A stretch of DNA of 64,000 nucleotides from an uncultured delta proteobacterium (GTDB lineage Bacteria > Desulfobacterota > RBG-13-43-22), in the NCBI GenBank assembly GCA_963802945.1, contig CAWDKY010000029.1, positions 32,001-96,000 of the forward strand, written 5' to 3'. How positions within the stretch are numbered: the stretch's first letter is position 1; each line of letters opens with the position of its first letter. Shown in pieces: positions 61,567 to 64,000 of the stretch. Position numbers and translations under genes: made by a program. Below the pieces are notes generated by a model. The model ran no database searches. It was not told the origin of the DNA and saw only the letters and a list, made by a program, of their open reading frames with translations.

Positions 61567-61654
61567 TGGTGCCGGAGGTCGGAATTGAACCGACATGACC
61601 GCGAGGGTCGGGGGATTTTGAGTCCCCTGCGTCTACCAGTTTCACCACTCCGGC
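61567..61654 (-). tRNA. tRNA-Leu(CAA)
   Basis: GCCGGAGTGGTGAAACTGGTAGACGCAGGGGACTCAAAATCCCC, long variable arm, CCA end. Confidence 0.96.
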
Positions 61655-61767
61655 ACAAGTCAGGGAGGCGGAAAAAATTATAATTACAGGGAAAGAACCT
61701 GTCAAGAAAAATCAAAAAATGGTTGACTTTTAATGACCGGCGGTGTTAAAGAAAGCTTTCGGCTATT

Positions 61768-61843
61768 GGGGCTGTAGCTCAGCTGGGAGAGCGCATGACT
61801 GGCAGTCATGAGGCCGACGGTTCGATCCCGTTCAGCTCCACCA
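61768..61843 (+). tRNA. tRNA-Ala(GGC)
   Basis: GGGGCTGTAGCTCAGCTGGGAGAGCGCATGACTGGCAGTCATG...CTCCACCA. Confidence 0.96.
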
Positions 61844-61853
61844 AGAAAATATA

Positions 61854-61902
61854 AAGGGGTTAATCTCCAAACAAGTTTGAAGATTAACCCCTTTTTGTTT
61901 TT
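61854..61902 (+). terminator. Intrinsic terminator after tRNA-Ala
   Basis: AAAGGGGTTAATCT...AGATTAACCCCTTT followed by a T tract. Confidence 0.7.
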
Positions 61903-62094
61903 CTCTTTTTGCCTCCTTTGAGATAAGGTATTGACAGACGACCCATGATTTTGTAATCTCAAGACATTTAAAAATTCATCAGCGATGACTATAGGCACCA
62001 AAATAGGGATAGGAGACTGAGCCTTACCTGGTGCCAGGGCGCTTTTTGATAGAGGACCTGATTTCTGAGAGTCTTGAAAAAGGAGTGATGCCTT

Positions 62095-63078
62095 ATGCCG
62101 ATTTATATCCAGGGAACGGGAAGCTATCTCCCGCCCAGAGTCCTCCACAACCGGGATATTGAAAAAATTCTCGAAACCACCGACGAATGGATTGCCCAAC
62201 GGACAGGTATTCATGAAAGGCGCATGGCCGAGCCGGAGATAGCTGCTTCCGATCTGGCCCTGGAGGCTTCTCGCTCCGCCTTGGACATGGCCGGCCTGAA
62301 GGCCGGAGATGTCCAGTTGATTATTATGGCTACCATAACCCCGGACACCCAATGTCCGGCCGGGGCCAACTGGCTGCAGGCCAAATTGGAAGCCCCTCAG
62401 GCCGTCACTTTTGATATAACTGCGGCCTGCTCCGGCTTCGTCTTTGCCCTGAACGTCGCCGAACAATATTTAAAAGCCGGAACCTATCAAAATGTCCTGG
62501 TCGTGGCCTCGGAAATCATGACCAGGACTTTGAACTGGAAAGATCGTTCCACCTCCATCCTCTGGGGAGACGGAGCTGGTGCTGTTTTAATTTCCGGAAA
62601 TGAGGATGGGCACAGGATCCTTTCCACACACATCCATACCGACGGGGCCAACGGGGCCAACTTATTAATGCCCGGAGGGGGTTCCAAGACCACACCTATC
62701 TCCTACGAAAGCGTTGATAAGGACCTTCACACCCTGAAGATGATTGAGGCCGCCTCCTCGGTCCGGGTGGCGGTGAAACACTTTGCCGATGCCTGCTTGG
62801 AAGCCGTTGCCTTCAATGGATATTCTATCCATGATGTCCATTGGGTGATTCCCCATCAGGCCAATCTTCGGATGATACAAGCCCTGGCCAAGCGGTTGGG
62901 CCTTCCGATGGAAAAATTTTTCATGACCATTCAGAAGTACGGCAACATCTCCTCGGCCTCCATTGCCATCGCCCTGGATGAGGCTGTTCGTACCGGTGCC
63001 GTTCAAAAAGGGCACCTGGTTTTGCTGACGGCCTTCGGCGGAGGGCTAACCTGGGGCAGTGCCCTAATAAAATGGTAA
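62095..63078 (+). CDS. fabH: 3-oxoacyl-ACP synthase III
   Basis: AACSGF, GDGAGA, PHQAN, GNISSAS, FGGGLTWG. Confidence 0.95.
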   Translation: MPIYIQGTGSYLPPRVLHNRDIEKILETTDEWIAQRTGIHERRMAEPEIAASDLALEASRSALDMAGLKAGDVQLIIMATITPDTQCPAGANWLQAKLEAPQAVTFDITAACSGFVFALNVAEQYLKAGTYQNVLVVASEIMTRTLNWKDRSTSILWGDGAGAVLISGNEDGHRILSTHIHTDGANGANLLMPGGGSKTTPISYESVDKDLHTLKMIEAASSVRVAVKHFADACLEAVAFNGYSIHDVHWVIPHQANLRMIQALAKRLGLPMEKFFMTIQKYGNISSASIAIALDEAVRTGAVQKGHLVLLTAFGGGLTWGSALIKW

Positions 63079-63161
63079 ACTCAAGAGCACAAAAGGATTC
63101 AAGAGGCCGAGAGGCAGCCTAAGACTATCGAATTCATATAAACTGCAGGAGGCGCGGAAGC

Positions 63162-64000
63162 ATGAACAAAAGAAGAATGAAAGCCAAAATCAAATCCATT
63201 CAATCATCCAAACATTCGAGAAATAAAAAATACGTCTATTTTTTTGGAAAAGGAAGGGCCGATGGGAAGGCCGCAATGAAAAACCTTCTGGGCGGCAAAG
63301 GGGCCAATCTGGCTGAGATGACCAACTTAGGGGTAACCGTTCCGGCCGGATTTACCATCACCACCGAGGTCTGCACCTATTATTATCAGAACAAACAAAC
63401 TTATCCCAGGGAACTGACCAAACAGTTGGATACCGCCCTGGAGAGGGTGGAAAAAATCATGGGTCGAAAATACGGTGACCCCGATGACCCTTTACTGCTA
63501 TCGGTCCGCTCCGGGGCCCGAAGATCCATGCCGGGCATGATGGAAACCGTTCTCAATCTGGGATTGACCACCAAAACCATTCCGGGATTGATCAAGAGGA
63601 CCAACAATGAGCGGTTTGTCTATGATGCCTATCGCCGCCTGTTGATGATGTACGCCGATGTGGTCATGGAAAAGGCCGCCGGCATTGAAGTGGTGGACGG
63701 AGAAGGGATCCGGCAGAAACTGGAACAGGCCATGGATTTGATGAAGGAAAGAAAGGGAATCCATCAGGACACGGACCTGACAGCCAACGACCTGAAAGTG
63801 TTGTGCGGGCAATTCAAACAGACCATCAAGACCCATCTGGGCAAAGAATTTCCGGATGACCCGCAGGCCCAACTGATGGGAGGGATCGGGGCGGTCTTTC
63901 AATCCTGGATGGGTAAACGAGCGGTTTCTTATCGCAAAATTGAAGGCATTCCGGAAGACTGGGGCACGGCGGTCAATGTCCAGGCCATGGTTTTCGGCAA
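63162..64000 (+). CDS. ppdK: Pyruvate, phosphate dikinase (3'-truncated by window)
   Basis: KYVYFF..LLGGKGANLAEM, SVRSGA..SMPGMMET, GTAVNVQAMVFG. Confidence 0.96.
   Translation, partial: MNKRRMKAKIKSIQSSKHSRNKKYVYFFGKGRADGKAAMKNLLGGKGANLAEMTNLGVTVPAGFTITTEVCTYYYQNKQTYPRELTKQLDTALERVEKIMGRKYGDPDDPLLLSVRSGARRSMPGMMETVLNLGLTTKTIPGLIKRTNNERFVYDAYRRLLMMYADVVMEKAAGIEVVDGEGIRQKLEQAMDLMKERKGIHQDTDLTANDLKVLCGQFKQTIKTHLGKEFPDDPQAQLMGGIGAVFQSWMGKRAVSYRKIEGIPEDWGTAVNVQAMVFG

Noticed and set aside
61990-62045. GGCACCA...TGGTGCC stem upstream of fabH as a riboswitch
   Set aside because: Only a 7-bp stem; no recognisable aptamer consensus
61514-62466. ORFs overlapping the tRNAs and fabH
   Set aside because: Shadows of established genes

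Overview
Chromosomal window of a probable Deltaproteobacterium/Desulfobacterota (tmRNA tag ADNYDYALAA, gene content). Housekeeping blocks are pth-rplY-prs-tRNA-Gln-ispE, degP, icd, ssrA, smpB-ptsI-HPr-rsmI-rnhB, ffh-rpsP-khpA-rimM-trmD-rplS, tRNA-Leu/Ala, fabH and ppdK. Four accessory tracts lie between them. (1) 1-6.3 kb: the end of a type ISP restriction-modification gene, followed by a coupled DUF4062 + all-TPR pair. (2) 21-39 kb: acyl-CoA catabolism and branched-chain ABC genes, with REP-like repeats and group II intron and IS91 debris. (3) 39.1-48 kb: co-oriented cassette-like genes with degenerate attC-like sites, two copies of a ~350-bp promoter/leader-ORF/core-site module, an uncharacterised wHTH + wHTH-HEPN two-gene cassette (best candidate for a new defence or toxin-antitoxin system) and an AbiE pair. 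(4) 59-61.5 kb: a small islet beside tRNA-Leu. Many single-base frameshifts, including one in essential ffh, point to assembly indel errors. All family calls come from motif recognition by eye, not from database searches.
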